From a virus: a stretch of DNA of 39,648 bases. Positions 1-7,815 of this stretch are shown here, in pieces. The stretch lies in the IMG/VR virus record IMGVR_UViG_3300045988_050273, positions 1 through 39,648 of that record. One strand, written 5' to 3'. The notes under the pieces are model-generated. The model had not been told where the DNA came from. It saw nothing but the letters and a program-made list of their open reading frames with translations, and did not search any database. A program made the translations under genes and the position numbers. Every line of letters begins with the position of its first letter. The first letter of the stretch is position 1.

Positions 1-119
1 AAGACGGCAATGTATAAAAAAGGACTTAAGAGTAATAGTTATTGACAGCCGGAACAGACGGCACTAAAGTTGCATTTGCGAGTGTGAACTAGGCGGAAAA
101 CTAGGGAACACAAAAAAAG
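1..119. repeat. Terminal direct repeat, left copy (identical to 39530..39648)
   Basis: Bases 1..119 (aagacggcaatgtataaaaaagg...gggaacacaaaaaaag) are repeated base for base at 39530..39648. This implies a closed or terminally redundant genome with a unit length of about 39,529 bp. Confidence 0.95.
42..70 (+). promoter_or_regulatory. Candidate sigma-A type early promoter inside the terminal repeat
   Basis: TTGACA (42..47), 17-nt spacer, TAAAGT (65..70), about 145 nt upstream of the first gene (215). The same sequence recurs at 39571..39599 because of the terminal repeat. Confidence 0.5.
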
Positions 120-214
120 AGCCACACGGTTAAACGTGTGACCCTAAAACAAAGGTAGGAAAATAATGGATCGCTGGTACCAAAATTATAACACAAACAA
201 AGGAGATTGACAAC

Positions 215-961
215 ATGACTTACAAATTAACCATTGAGGGAAACACTACTGCAGAATTGATCGAAAACATTAAGGCAGCCGCAGCGCTTTACGCTGGTAC
301 GACACCGGACCCAAAGGCCGAAGTGGTAGTACCAATCACAATCGACGGCAACACAATCGGCAAAAGCCCGGCGAAAGCGTCACAGACTACGCAAAAAGAA
401 CCGGTAGTTTCTACGGATACAGCTTCCGAGTTTGACGGCGTTAAGTACAGCCTAAACAGCACACCGCGTAACATTTGGATACTTTTAAACGACGGCCGCG
501 TTTTATTCGTACCAGCTGGCGGACGTTTGCCACTTGATTCCGAACGTGCTAAAAAGATCACGAAAGCAGAATACACACAGATCGCAGAAGAAGAACCAGA
601 GCGCGTCGTTAAATCGATCAGCGAAGTGATCGACGAGCAAGCAAAAACTGTATCTAAGAAAGACGAGCCGACCGAAGAAGTCGACGAGGGCGAAGAAGAC
701 GAAGCAGTAGCGGAAGACCTTGACGACGACGAAGACGACGACGAAGAAGAAGACGAAGACGACGAAGACGACCTGGAAAGCTTGATCGAAAAAGCTGCAG
801 AGTTGGTCAAAGTTGCCAAGAAGTTAGACGACGGTAAGAAAACCGTACGCGACTTGCTGGACGACTACGACGTGAAACGCGTTTCTAAGTTTGACGACGT
901 CGAAGAGATCGAGGACTTCATTTCTGACCTGGAAGAATTTATCGAAGAAAACGAGGACTAA
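215..961 (+). CDS. Hypothetical early protein with a hyper-acidic C-terminal half
   Basis: ATG 215 follows AAGGAG (200..205). It is the first ORF after the terminal-repeat promoter. The C-terminal half contains DLDDDEDDDEEEDEDDEDD followed by a helical segment ending EEFIEENED. I recognise no family. Confidence 0.85.
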   Translation: MTYKLTIEGNTTAELIENIKAAAALYAGTTPDPKAEVVVPITIDGNTIGKSPAKASQTTQKEPVVSTDTASEFDGVKYSLNSTPRNIWILLNDGRVLFVPAGGRLPLDSERAKKITKAEYTQIAEEEPERVVKSISEVIDEQAKTVSKKDEPTEEVDEGEEDEAVAEDLDDDEDDDEEEDEDDEDDLESLIEKAAELVKVAKKLDDGKKTVRDLLDDYDVKRVSKFDDVEEIEDFISDLEEFIEENED

Positions 962-965
962 AACC

Positions 966-2162
966 ATGCCAGACCAGCACGCCTTTTTAAGCCCGTCGGG
1001 GGCTAAACTATGGCTACACTCGCCGGGTTGCTGGTACGAGGAAGCGCCGGAACTAACGGAGGAAGAACAGGCCTTTATAGATCAGTTCCGACCACCAAGT
1101 ACGGCAGCCGACGAGGGCACACTAGGGCATGAGATCGTGGAACGCCTACTAAGACGTGAGTATGATATCGACCCTAAGAAAGCCCGGCCACTACGTAAAC
1201 TACGAAAATCTAAGTTCTACAGCTACGAGTTAGAACGCCGCGCCACCTGGTCCGCGAACCAGGCAATCGAGATCATAGATAACTATGAGGGCACGATCGA
1301 TAACCTAGCCTTTGAGTTACGCGTACACTGTAAAAAGATCCATAAGGAACTTTGGGGGACCAGTGACGTCGTGATCGTAGCCGGCAACGTTTTGCATATC
1401 GTAGACTTTAAATTCGGGCGCTTGCCGATCCATGCCGCGGATAACCCACAGCTGGCTATATACGCTTATGGCGCTATGGAAACTTTGGACCTTTGGGGAA
1501 AGGTCGACACGATCCGCGGTACGATCGTGCAGCCCAGAAACTACGACGTAGACGAAACCACGTTCACAGCAAAGGCACTAAGAAAGTGGGGGCGTAGAAC
1601 GGTCAAGCCAGCAGCTAAGGCTACAGCTAACCGGACAGGACCTATGAACCCAAGTGTCGAAACGTGCCGCTACTGTAAGCACAGGGTAACGGACGCAAAA
1701 CACCGGCAAGTATTTCTCGAAGCAATAGGGGGCATTGACGCAATGACGAAAGACCTTACAAAAATGGACCTGGAAGAAATCGAAGCGATCGCGGCCAACG
1801 CGCCAGCACTGATACAATGGCTTAACGACGTGACACGCTTTGCACAAGCTAAGGCCTACAGCGGCCATAAGTTTAAACGTGTTAAGCTGGTACGCGGAGT
1901 AGAGCGTCGAGCATTCACTGACCAGAAAAGGGTAGCCCGTCGTCTTAAACGGCTAGGGCTGCAGCAAGAGCAGTATATGAAAGAGCCGACGATCAAGCCA
2001 CTAACCGAGATCGAAGCCTTATTAGGTAAAACGAAATTCAATAACACGCTGGGGCCGTTGATTACGAAACACGAAAACCAGCCGCGCCTTGTATCTATCG
2101 ATAGTAAGGAAAAACCATACACACCAGACGTAAACAAAGCAGCCGACGAGTTCGGACTATAG
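966..2162 (+). CDS. PD-(D/E)XK exonuclease, DUF2800 / Cas4-RecB-like
   Basis: Track ORF 891..2162 trimmed to ATG 966 (GAGGA at 953..957; the upstream gene ends at 961). The N-terminus MPDQHAFLSPSGAKLWLHSPGCW, the nuclease core SDVVIV...HIVDFKFG (D...DxK) and the C-terminal CRYCKH are typical of the DUF2800 nuclease that precedes DUF2815 and PolA in this phage replication module. Confidence 0.85.
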   Translation: MPDQHAFLSPSGAKLWLHSPGCWYEEAPELTEEEQAFIDQFRPPSTAADEGTLGHEIVERLLRREYDIDPKKARPLRKLRKSKFYSYELERRATWSANQAIEIIDNYEGTIDNLAFELRVHCKKIHKELWGTSDVVIVAGNVLHIVDFKFGRLPIHAADNPQLAIYAYGAMETLDLWGKVDTIRGTIVQPRNYDVDETTFTAKALRKWGRRTVKPAAKATANRTGPMNPSVETCRYCKHRVTDAKHRQVFLEAIGGIDAMTKDLTKMDLEEIEAIAANAPALIQWLNDVTRFAQAKAYSGHKFKRVKLVRGVERRAFTDQKRVARRLKRLGLQQEQYMKEPTIKPLTEIEALLGKTKFNNTLGPLITKHENQPRLVSIDSKEKPYTPDVNKAADEFGL

Positions 2163-2176
2163 GAGGAAAACACACC

Positions 2177-2998
2177 ATGGCAAAAAAAGCAAACAAGAAA
2201 GCAACAGACGAAAAAGCAAGCACTAAAGTAGTATTAAAACCAGCAGAGGGCCTACTGGCAACATTCGTACACTTGACAAAACCGGACGACTTTGGCGACA
2301 CGCCTAAGTATACCGTGACCGTCGTAATTCCTAAGAAAAACAAGAAAGTCGTTAAGCAAGTTAAGGACGCGATCGCTGCAGCTATGGCACGCGGTGAGAG
2401 CGAGGGAACTTTTCAAGGTAAGAACATTAAGAAAGCCATTAACCCGTTGAAAGACGGCGACGACGAAGACACCGAAAAGTATCCATATTACAAAGATACC
2501 TATGTTCTTAAATTTTCTACGGATCGCAAGCCTGGCGTCTTAGACAAGAAAAAGCGCAATATCGGCGACGACGACGAAGAAGTTTACAGCGGTATGCTCA
2601 TTTGGGTATCGGGCGCAGCGTTCCCTTACTTTAATCGTGGTAACTTTGGTGTATCATTTATCTTAGGTAACGTAATCAAGATCGACGACGGAGAACGTAT
2701 TGGGGGGTCCGGCTTTAATATCGAAGACGAGTTCGGGGACGACTTAGAAGACGACGAGTTCGACGAGGACGACGAAGAAGACGAAGACCTGGACGACGAA
2801 GAAGACGAAGACGAAGACGAAGACGAAGACGACGAAGAACTTGACAAAGAGGAAGCGGAAGAGTTGATCGCAGACGTCAAAGAGATCGACAAAAAAGCCG
2901 CTAAGAAATTCCAGAAGAAACTCGATAAGATCGACGACGAGGACGACCTTGAGGAGTTAGTCGAAAAAATCGAGGAATGGATCGAAGAAAATGAGTAG
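2177..2998 (+). CDS. DUF2815-family ssDNA-binding-like protein with a long acidic C-terminal extension
   Basis: The N-terminal roughly 175 aa (VVLKPAEGLLATFVHLTKPDDFGDTPKYTVTVVIPKKNK...YSGMLIWVSGAAFPYFNRGNFGVSFILGNV) fit the DUF2815 pattern and its position between DUF2800 and PolA. Residues from about 180 to 273 are a D/E tract plus helix ending IEEWIEENE. Confidence 0.8.
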   Translation: MAKKANKKATDEKASTKVVLKPAEGLLATFVHLTKPDDFGDTPKYTVTVVIPKKNKKVVKQVKDAIAAAMARGESEGTFQGKNIKKAINPLKDGDDEDTEKYPYYKDTYVLKFSTDRKPGVLDKKKRNIGDDDEEVYSGMLIWVSGAAFPYFNRGNFGVSFILGNVIKIDDGERIGGSGFNIEDEFGDDLEDDEFDEDDEEDEDLDDEEDEDEDEDEDDEELDKEEAEELIADVKEIDKKAAKKFQKKLDKIDDEDDLEELVEKIEEWIEENE

Positions 2999-4958
2999 GC
3001 CAAAAGCCATTCATATTGATATCGAAACTTATAGCGAAACAGAACTTACCAGCACGGGGGTCTATCGGTACGCCGAAGACCCTTTTTTTAAAATTCAACT
3101 TTTCAGCTATGCCTTGGACGACGGACCGGTTAAACTACTGGACCTGGAACAAGGCGACAAAATACCGAAAAGGATCGTTCGCTATATTTTAGATAAGCGC
3201 GTCGAGAAGTGGGCACATAACGCGCAGTTTGAGCGTGTTTCTTTAAGCGTCCATATTTTCGGTGGTTTCGGTGTATTCCTGGACCCGACGAACTGGCGCG
3301 ACACTGCAGTCTATGGCCGGACCCTGGGGCTGCCTGGCAGCTTGGATCAGATGGCTAAGGCCTTAGAACTGGACGACAAAAAAGACGCAGTCGGTAAGCG
3401 TCTGATTAACTATTTCTCTAAGCCGTGCAAGCCGACCAAAGTGAACGGCGGTCGGACCCGGAACTTGCCGGAACACGCGCCGGAGGACTGGAAGCTTTAC
3501 GGTGAGTATAATATCCAGGACGTGGTCGTCGAGCGATCGATCCATGAACGGCTGCAAGCAATGTATCCTAAGTTCCCGGCTCACGAGTGGGAATTTTATG
3601 AAATGGACCAGCGGATCGCGGACACTGGCATACCAGTCGACCTGGACTTTGTTGAAAAAGCGATCAAGCTTAAGAACCGAATGCAGCGCAAAGCGTCGCG
3701 GCAACTTAAACGACTTACTGGCGTCGAAAGCATTAATGCCAAGCAACAACTAAAGGCCTGGGCAGCAGAACAAGGCTACCCAATCACAAGCCTGGACGAG
3801 GATCACAGAAACGCCTATTTAGAAGACCCGGAACTAGGTGAACAGTTCCCAGACGTCTATAAAATGGTAGAACTAATCGACCAAGCTGGCGGTACGGCCG
3901 TGGCCAAGTACGACAAAATTTGGGGATCAACGAACAACGACGGGCGACTACGCGGCCAGCTTATTTTCTACGGCGCTGGGGCCACTGGACGCTTTGCTGG
4001 AAAAGGCGTACAGGTCCAAAACTTGCCACGTATGGGCAAGGACGTACTTAAAAACCTGGACAAGTTACGGGGCCGAGTGAAAGCCGGTAAGCGTGTAACA
4101 TTTAAGGAACTAACGCAGCTATGCCGGACAAGCTTTGCAGCGATTGAGGGCACGACGTTCGGCGTGAGTGACTATAGCAGTATCGAAGCCCGTGTTACAC
4201 CATGGTACGCTGGCGAGAAGTGGGCGATAGACGCCTTTGAAGACGGCCAGGATATCTACGTAGCTACGGCGGTTAAAATGTACCACGTCGACTATGAAAC
4301 AGCCAAAAACGAGTATAGGCAAAAAGGGAAGCAAGCAACGCTGGCCCTAGGTTACGGCGGCGCAGTCGGGGCCCTAGTGGCCATGGGCGCCTTAAACGCT
4401 GGCATACCAGAAAACGAGCTGCCGGAATTGGTCAAGGCTTGGCGACAAGCAAACCCGTCGATCGTCCGCTTTTGGCGTGACACCGAGAAAGCCGTAAAGG
4501 CTATCATACACCACCAGGGCAAGAAAAAAGCGACCCTGGCAGACGGTAAGCTAACGATCACGTATCGAAACGAATATAAGCTACTGCAGATATGGCTACC
4601 TGGTGGTCGGGCGCTTAGTTACTACGGCGCTCACTTGGATCGCAAGAAAAATATCCGCTACCTGGGCGGCATTAAAGCCAACGGCGAAGCCTGGTACAAG
4701 GACACCTTTGGCGGTAAGTTAGTCGAGAACATTGTGCAAGCAACGGCACGCGACTTGCTTTGTGAAGCCTTGTTACGGATCGAAAAAGCTGGCTATCGTA
4801 CGTTATTCCACGTACACGACGAAGCGATCGTCGAGGTCCCTAAAGACTTTGAGATCGAGGAACTTAACGAACTTATGGCAAGCCCACTGCCGAAATGGGC
4901 CAAAGGTTTACCGCTAGGCAGCGAGGGTGACACGGTAAGCTATTACAGAAAAGTCTAG
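2991..4958 (+). CDS. DNA polymerase, family A (with 3'-5' exonuclease domain)
   Basis: Exonuclease motifs: IDIETYS (Exo I), HNAQFERVSL (Exo II), YNIQDVVV (Exo III). Polymerase motifs: SDYSSIEARV (A), RQKGKQATLALGYGGAVGAL (B), HVHDEAIVEV (C). Confidence 0.95.
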   Translation: MSRPKAIHIDIETYSETELTSTGVYRYAEDPFFKIQLFSYALDDGPVKLLDLEQGDKIPKRIVRYILDKRVEKWAHNAQFERVSLSVHIFGGFGVFLDPTNWRDTAVYGRTLGLPGSLDQMAKALELDDKKDAVGKRLINYFSKPCKPTKVNGGRTRNLPEHAPEDWKLYGEYNIQDVVVERSIHERLQAMYPKFPAHEWEFYEMDQRIADTGIPVDLDFVEKAIKLKNRMQRKASRQLKRLTGVESINAKQQLKAWAAEQGYPITSLDEDHRNAYLEDPELGEQFPDVYKMVELIDQAGGTAVAKYDKIWGSTNNDGRLRGQLIFYGAGATGRFAGKGVQVQNLPRMGKDVLKNLDKLRGRVKAGKRVTFKELTQLCRTSFAAIEGTTFGVSDYSSIEARVTPWYAGEKWAIDAFEDGQDIYVATAVKMYHVDYETAKNEYRQKGKQATLALGYGGAVGALVAMGALNAGIPENELPELVKAWRQANPSIVRFWRDTEKAVKAIIHHQGKKKATLADGKLTITYRNEYKLLQIWLPGGRALSYYGAHLDRKKNIRYLGGIKANGEAWYKDTFGGKLVENIVQATARDLLCEALLRIEKAGYRTLFHVHDEAIVEVPKDFEIEELNELMASPLPKWAKGLPLGSEGDTVSYYRKV

Positions 4959-4969
4959 TGTTCGGTGGC

Positions 4970-5026
4970 CTAGCTTACCACAACATATAGCGGCTTTACA
5001 TTTCACCGATATCGGTGGTAAGCTAG
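4970..5026. other. 12-bp inverted repeat enclosing a 14-bp palindrome in the polymerase-primase gap
   Basis: CTAGCTTACCAC (4970..4981) pairs with GTGGTAAGCTAG (5015..5026). The perfect palindrome CACCGATATCGGTG at 5004..5017 overlaps the right arm. TCGGTGG is repeated at 4962..4968 and 5012..5018. No T-run follows. Confidence 0.7.
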
Positions 5027-5058
5027 AAACCTAACCAAAATAATAGCGAGGTAATGAC

Positions 5059-7629
5059 ATGGCAAAGAGTAGAAAATATCCATTCGCGACCGCCAAAAAC
5101 GGGAACACGAAAAAATGGAAACACGAAAATTTAAAGTTTCGTGAAATTCAGAAATACCTTAACGTTGACCGACGTATCAACTTGACACTTGACGAATATA
5201 AAAACCTGGAAAAAGACGAGAAAGCGAAAGTTAAAAACAGCAACCCGGCATTTTTAGGCGGATACTTTGAGGGCCGCCGGACGTCGGTTTCTATGAAAAC
5301 CCGATCAATCGTAGCGCTGGACATTGACAAAAAATTCCCTAGCGATTTTAGCGAGTTCATGCAAGAACACAGCCCGTACCCGTACCATATTTACGAAACA
5401 CTAAGCAGCACGAAAAAGCATAGAAAATATCGCGTGCTTTTCTTTCTAAGCGAGGATATCGACGCAGAGGTCTACGAACCAGTAGCGCGACGGATCGCTG
5501 CCACGTTGAGAATTATCGACTTTGTCGATCACACTTGCTACAGAAAGACGCAGCTTATGTACGCGCCTATCTTTTGCAGCGACGTCGTAGAGCCACTTAA
5601 CGAGTTTATCGGCAACCCAAAAGAGCCAAACATTTCAGCAGCCGAGATCATAGCCAGCTTTGAAAATATTTACAACATTGCCGAATGGGACGCCGGAAAA
5701 GACGAGGGCGCGCTAAGAAAGCAAAACAATATGACCCTTATCGACCCACGGGATAAAAAAGGCGTGATCGGCGCTTTTTGTAACTACGTCGGCGATATCC
5801 ACAATGCTATCGCAATGTACGACCTACCTTACCGGCAAGAAAGCGACGACCGCTACAGCTTTACTGGCGGATCAAGTTCTAACGGGTTCGTGGTCTACGA
5901 CGACGCGCAGTGGGGGTATTCAAACCACGAGAGCGACCCGGCTGGTGAGGGCGGCCACGACCTTAATGCTTTTGACCTGGTACGCGTTCACAAGTTCGGC
6001 GACCGTGATCGCAAGGACGGCTACAAGGACCCAACCAGGGCGCCAAGTTATAAGGCAATGGTAGAAATGCTTATGAGTGATAGCGAGTTCGCTAAAATTT
6101 TAGACGAGCAACGCGCCAGCAACGTACTAGACCGAATCTTTGACGCTGAGAGCGACTTTGGCGACGTCTTTGAAGAAGAAGACCAGCCAGACGTAAAACT
6201 CGTTACAAGCGAAACTAAGGCCAGCAAACGACGTATCGTTATTAACGGCAAAAGCTACCGGAAAAACCCGGCCAAAGATAAACGCCTGGGCAAAAAGCTA
6301 CGGAAGTTTGAAACCCGACTAATCAAGTCCGGGGAAAGCGGCCTACCGGTTAACAATAAGACCAACGTGTACCGGGCAGTCAGAGAACACCCGTTACTTG
6401 AGGACCGTATCCTTTACGACAATTTTACGCGACGCTTGACGTTCGTAGGCGTGAAACCATGGCCGACCACCGAGGGCGACGCCTGGAACGAAAACGACGA
6501 CTTTATGCTTGCAACGTTCCTGGAAAGTCACGACCTTAAGGTACCCGTCGACACGGTACGCCTAGCAACGCAGCAAGTATCACAAGAGCCACAGCACCAA
6601 TTTAACAGCCTGGCAAACTTTTTCAAATACCACTTACCGGAATGGGACGGCGTAGAGCGTGTCGAAACAATGTTTACCGACGCTTTCAACGCAGAGGACA
6701 ACGAAACCAATCGAATGATAGCACGTAAGACATTGCTAGCCGGACTTGAAAGAGCACTAAACGACAAGCCCAGCGAGGTCAAGGCGGTCCCAGTCCTACA
6801 GGGCGCGCAGTCAGTCGGTAAATCGACTTTTTGGCGCTTGCTGGCAATTAATCGCGAATGGTTTACGGATAGTAAGATCGACATAGGTAACAAGGACGGC
6901 CTAAGTATCTTAGGCGGCACGTTTATCGTTGAGTTTGGCGAGTTTGCAAGTATCAAGCGCGCCGATCGTGACGAGGTTAAGCAGTTCCTATCAAGTTCAT
7001 ACGACAAGTACAGACCTAGCTACGCGAAAACAGAACGTACCTTTGTCCGTCATAATATCTTTGTTGGGTCCGTGAATGACGAGGAATTTTTGACCGATCC
7101 GACCGGTAACACACGTTTTAAAGTGGTCCACTGCCCAGGGGATAGCACAGGGGCAGCCCGTGTCGTCGAATTAATGACGCCGGACTACGTACTGCAGCTA
7201 TGGGCGGAAGCCATGGCCATGAGAAACGCTGGCGAAACATTCCTATACACGGCAAAAGACGACCTAGCTACAGAGCAGATCGCTAAACGCCACACGAAAG
7301 CCGGTACGTACGACGAACTTATACAAGCCTTTGTCACAGCTAAGAAACCGAATGACTGGCTTATGGCCGTCGACGACTACGAGAAAGTCGACATACTACG
7401 CAAGATCGTATCGGGTTTTTATAAAGACGACGAGCTAACGATTGACCCAGAACCATGGTTCAGCGCCAGGGACTTACGGACAAGCTTAAATATCCGGGAT
7501 AGTGATGAACCTAAGTACCGCCAGCAGATCGCTGCAGCACTACGGGACATACCTGGACTAAAACAACAGACGCGCAAGATCGGCGGCGTGTCAGTGAGGG
7601 GCTATAGCTATATGGCTTTTAACGATTGA
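5059..7629 (+). CDS. Primase-helicase (N-terminal primase-polymerase-like domain plus VirE/D5-type P-loop NTPase)
   Basis: 856 aa. The N-terminal region has IVALDIDKK and RVLFFLSE motifs typical of phage/plasmid primases. Walker A is VLQGAQSVGKSTFWRLL and Walker B-like is GTFIVEFGEF. It occupies the usual position after PolA in the DUF2800/DUF2815 module. Confidence 0.85.
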   Translation: MAKSRKYPFATAKNGNTKKWKHENLKFREIQKYLNVDRRINLTLDEYKNLEKDEKAKVKNSNPAFLGGYFEGRRTSVSMKTRSIVALDIDKKFPSDFSEFMQEHSPYPYHIYETLSSTKKHRKYRVLFFLSEDIDAEVYEPVARRIAATLRIIDFVDHTCYRKTQLMYAPIFCSDVVEPLNEFIGNPKEPNISAAEIIASFENIYNIAEWDAGKDEGALRKQNNMTLIDPRDKKGVIGAFCNYVGDIHNAIAMYDLPYRQESDDRYSFTGGSSSNGFVVYDDAQWGYSNHESDPAGEGGHDLNAFDLVRVHKFGDRDRKDGYKDPTRAPSYKAMVEMLMSDSEFAKILDEQRASNVLDRIFDAESDFGDVFEEEDQPDVKLVTSETKASKRRIVINGKSYRKNPAKDKRLGKKLRKFETRLIKSGESGLPVNNKTNVYRAVREHPLLEDRILYDNFTRRLTFVGVKPWPTTEGDAWNENDDFMLATFLESHDLKVPVDTVRLATQQVSQEPQHQFNSLANFFKYHLPEWDGVERVETMFTDAFNAEDNETNRMIARKTLLAGLERALNDKPSEVKAVPVLQGAQSVGKSTFWRLLAINREWFTDSKIDIGNKDGLSILGGTFIVEFGEFASIKRADRDEVKQFLSSSYDKYRPSYAKTERTFVRHNIFVGSVNDEEFLTDPTGNTRFKVVHCPGDSTGAARVVELMTPDYVLQLWAEAMAMRNAGETFLYTAKDDLATEQIAKRHTKAGTYDELIQAFVTAKKPNDWLMAVDDYEKVDILRKIVSGFYKDDELTIDPEPWFSARDLRTSLNIRDSDEPKYRQQIAAALRDIPGLKQQTRKIGGVSVRGYSYMAFND

Positions 7630-7667
7630 CCTGGTACGTAAAGTAAGGTACAATGATACCAGGTCAA
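7626..7667 (+). other. 11-bp stem-loop overlapping the primase stop codon
   Basis: TTGACCTGGTA (7626..7636) pairs with TACCAGGTCAA (7657..7667) across a 20-nt loop. There is no U-run, so this is a possible RNA processing or stability element rather than a classic terminator. Confidence 0.5.
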
Positions 7668-7701
7668 GTTGAGGTTGAGGGCATTCTCCTTTGCTACGAG
7701 G

Positions 7702-7735
7702 AAAACCAAGGACTTTAAAGTTTTTGGTTTTTCTT
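7702..7735 (+). terminator. Intrinsic terminator after the primase gene
   Basis: AAAACCAAGGAC (7702..7713) pairs with GTTTTTGGTTTT (7720..7731) using two G-U pairs and loop TTTAAA, running into a T-rich tract (TTTTTCTT). Confidence 0.6.
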
Positions 7736-7736
7736 A

Positions 7737-7766
7737 TTGACAAAATTATGCCCAATGGCATATAAT
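7737..7766 (+). promoter_or_regulatory. Consensus sigma-A promoter P1 with overlapping operator palindrome
   Basis: TTGACA (7737..7742), 18-nt spacer, TATAAT (7761..7766). The spacer and -10 contain TATGCC-CAAT-GGCATA (7747..7762). The same palindrome occurs at 37307..37322 and 39464..39479. Confidence 0.8.
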
Positions 7767-7815
7767 CTAATCAACGGCAACTGACCGAATACAAAACACA
7801 AAGGAGATTTTCAAC

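Noticed and set aside
166-210. 14-codon mini-ORF (MDRWYQNYNTNKGD) in the 5' leader, ending within the SD of gene 215
   Set aside because: It could be a leader peptide, but it is too short and has only a weak SD (GGTAGGA). There is nothing to support translation from sequence alone.
289-819. Minus-strand ORFs rich in Ser runs (289..819 and 2626..3003)
   Set aside because: They are the antisense shadow of the GAA/GAC acidic tracts of the plus-strand genes (TTC/GTC read as Ser/Ser-rich low complexity). They have no SD and lie inside well-supported + strand genes.
891-965. Upstream-extended starts given in the ORF track (891, 10734, 12200, 12462, 15866, 25174, 30724, 35211, 37308, 38468)
   Set aside because: Each extension overlaps the preceding gene or a promoter or repeat and lacks an SD. 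An internal ATG with a good SD and stop/start coupling gives a better model (966, 10794, 12332, 12513, 15911, 25234, 30757, 35265, 37413, 38495).
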